From assembly GCA_964450955.1 (NCBI GenBank), contig CAYVFI010000032.1:8491-72490 (forward strand): DNA of 64,000 bases, given 5' to 3'. Of the stretch, positions 63,076-64,000 are shown one piece after another. The translations under genes and the position numbers were made by a program. The notes beneath the pieces were generated by a model. It ran no database searches. It saw nothing but the letters and a program-made list of their open reading frames with translations, and was not told where the DNA came from. Positions within the stretch are counted from its first letter, which is position 1; every line of letters begins with the position of its first letter. The DNA is from an uncultured Planctomycetaceae bacterium (GTDB taxonomy: Bacteria; Planctomycetota; Planctomycetia; Planctomycetales; Planctomycetaceae).

Positions 63076-64000
63076 ATGTCCAGATTCAAACCGTTCATTT
63101 TGGGAGCGATGGCTGGAGCTGCAGTGGTCTACACCAGTCTCCAATATCACGTCGTGCACTCCAACGATGGCTTCTACATGGTGGCGCGAGCACCGCAGGC
63201 ATCGATGGGTTTGGCCTACGCCGACATTCGCAACATGAGCCCCGAAGAACTGGCAACGCGTCCGGAACTGGCTCGAGCAATGACGGCTCATTCTGCTCGC
63301 AGTTTACTGGCCAACAATGGGTCTGATGCGAGTCTTGATTCGCTGACTGAAGCGGGTTCAGACATGTTCGGCGCGGCGCGAGACCGTTTGCGTTCGACCA
63401 CAGACGAGTGGAACGATTTGATTGACGACAGTGTGCCAACTCCACCGAACCCGTCACTGGACGCGCCGATTTGGAACCCGTTTGCCGACGACGCGGATGA
63501 GGGAGAACCGGAGTCAGACTTCGGGTCGATATCGTGGCCCAACGACGCGCCTGTGGCTTCGGAGTCTACCACACGTGAGCCCCGCTCGCCGTTCTCAGAT
63601 ACGACGCGTGAGACTGACTATTCTCCGTTCTCAGATATCACCGACCAACTTGATAACGCTCGCGATAGTTTTGCTTCTCAGACCACAGATCTGGCCAGCC
63701 AGTTTCAAAGTCGGGTCGAAGCGCGTGCCGGAAGCGGCGGCGCGAAACCATTTGATTTCGCGGCCGATACTCAGCCTGCGACACGAACGGCACCTGCGGC
63801 TCCTGCTACACCAGCCGTCCAGCCTCGCAAGATTCCGCTTCTTCGGGACGATCAAATTCGGAACTCGGTCAGCCAGCGAGCTCGCCAGATTTACGAAGAA
63901 TCTCGCCGCCGTGCGACCCAGCCGATCGACAGCTTGATCGACCGAGCCGAATCGCGCGCATCGTCAGTCATCGACGAACTGGTAAGCCCTCGACGTTCGA
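63076..64000 (+). CDS. Hypothetical protein, 3' partial, with an N-terminal TM helix and an S/P/D-rich disordered region
   Basis: The frame is open from the ATG at 63076 to the window end (more than 300 codons) and has GC-rich third positions. The N-terminus is MSRFKPFILGAMAGAAVVYTSL. A SPFSD repeat occurs twice. This ORF is missing from the ORF track because it has no stop within the window. Confidence 0.45.
   Translation, partial: MSRFKPFILGAMAGAAVVYTSLQYHVVHSNDGFYMVARAPQASMGLAYADIRNMSPEELATRPELARAMTAHSARSLLANNGSDASLDSLTEAGSDMFGAARDRLRSTTDEWNDLIDDSVPTPPNPSLDAPIWNPFADDADEGEPESDFGSISWPNDAPVASESTTREPRSPFSDTTRETDYSPFSDITDQLDNARDSFASQTTDLASQFQSRVEARAGSGGAKPFDFAADTQPATRTAPAAPATPAVQPRKIPLLRDDQIRNSVSQRARQIYEESRRRATQPIDSLIDRAESRASSVIDELVSPRRS

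Noticed and set aside
63422-63937. 171 aa Arg-rich ORF from the supplied track
   Set aside because: It overlaps, in another frame, the longer open frame 63076..64000 that has protein-like composition and is open to the window edge. The Arg-rich translation is typical of an off-frame reading.

Overview
This 64 kb window reads as a chromosomal segment from a Planctomycetota genome, probably Pirellulales-like. That is inferred from gene content: two pairs of DUF1501 with DUF1553/DUF1549 (PSCyt-type) or DUF1800 genes, several sulfatases, an ECF sigma factor coupled to a Ser/Thr kinase, a c-type cytochrome with a PA14 domain, and a PQQ-like beta-propeller protein. The sequence is moderately GC-rich and most genes lack a strong Shine-Dalgarno sequence.

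Coding is dense on both strands. It mixes secreted hydrolases (sulfatases, an S9 peptidase, an M3 peptidase) and redox proteins with housekeeping genes: purB, transaldolase, greA, pheS, rplT, rpmI, proA and a dihydrolipoamide-dehydrogenase-like flavoprotein. There is also a flotillin/NfeD pair and a sigma-54 activator with FHA and GAF domains.

The main finding is a selenocysteine-decoding signature spread over the window.
- A tRNA with anticodon UCA and a long variable arm (candidate tRNA-Sec) lies on the minus strand at about 43365..43458.
- Two thiol-oxidoreductase genes each carry an in-frame TGA exactly at the redox-active Cys position. One is a TlpA-like thioredoxin with a W-U-G-P-C motif (TGA at 7374..7376). 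The other is a BCP-type peroxiredoxin with [13 protein letters not shown], fused to an SMP-30/gluconolactonase beta-propeller (TGA at 25301..25303).
- Each TGA is followed 15 to 24 nt downstream by a stable hairpin with G/U in the loop, as expected for a bacterial SECIS.
- A Cys-containing paralogue of the thioredoxin (WCPNC) is also present.

Other notable elements are a REP-associated tyrosine transposase flanked by clusters of REP-like palindromes about 130 bp from the tRNA-Sec, a tandem ~255 bp duplication that includes the start codon of a P-loop NTPase gene, a 15 bp x4 tandem repeat upstream of the ECF sigma gene, and a solitary Mrr_N-HNH nuclease.
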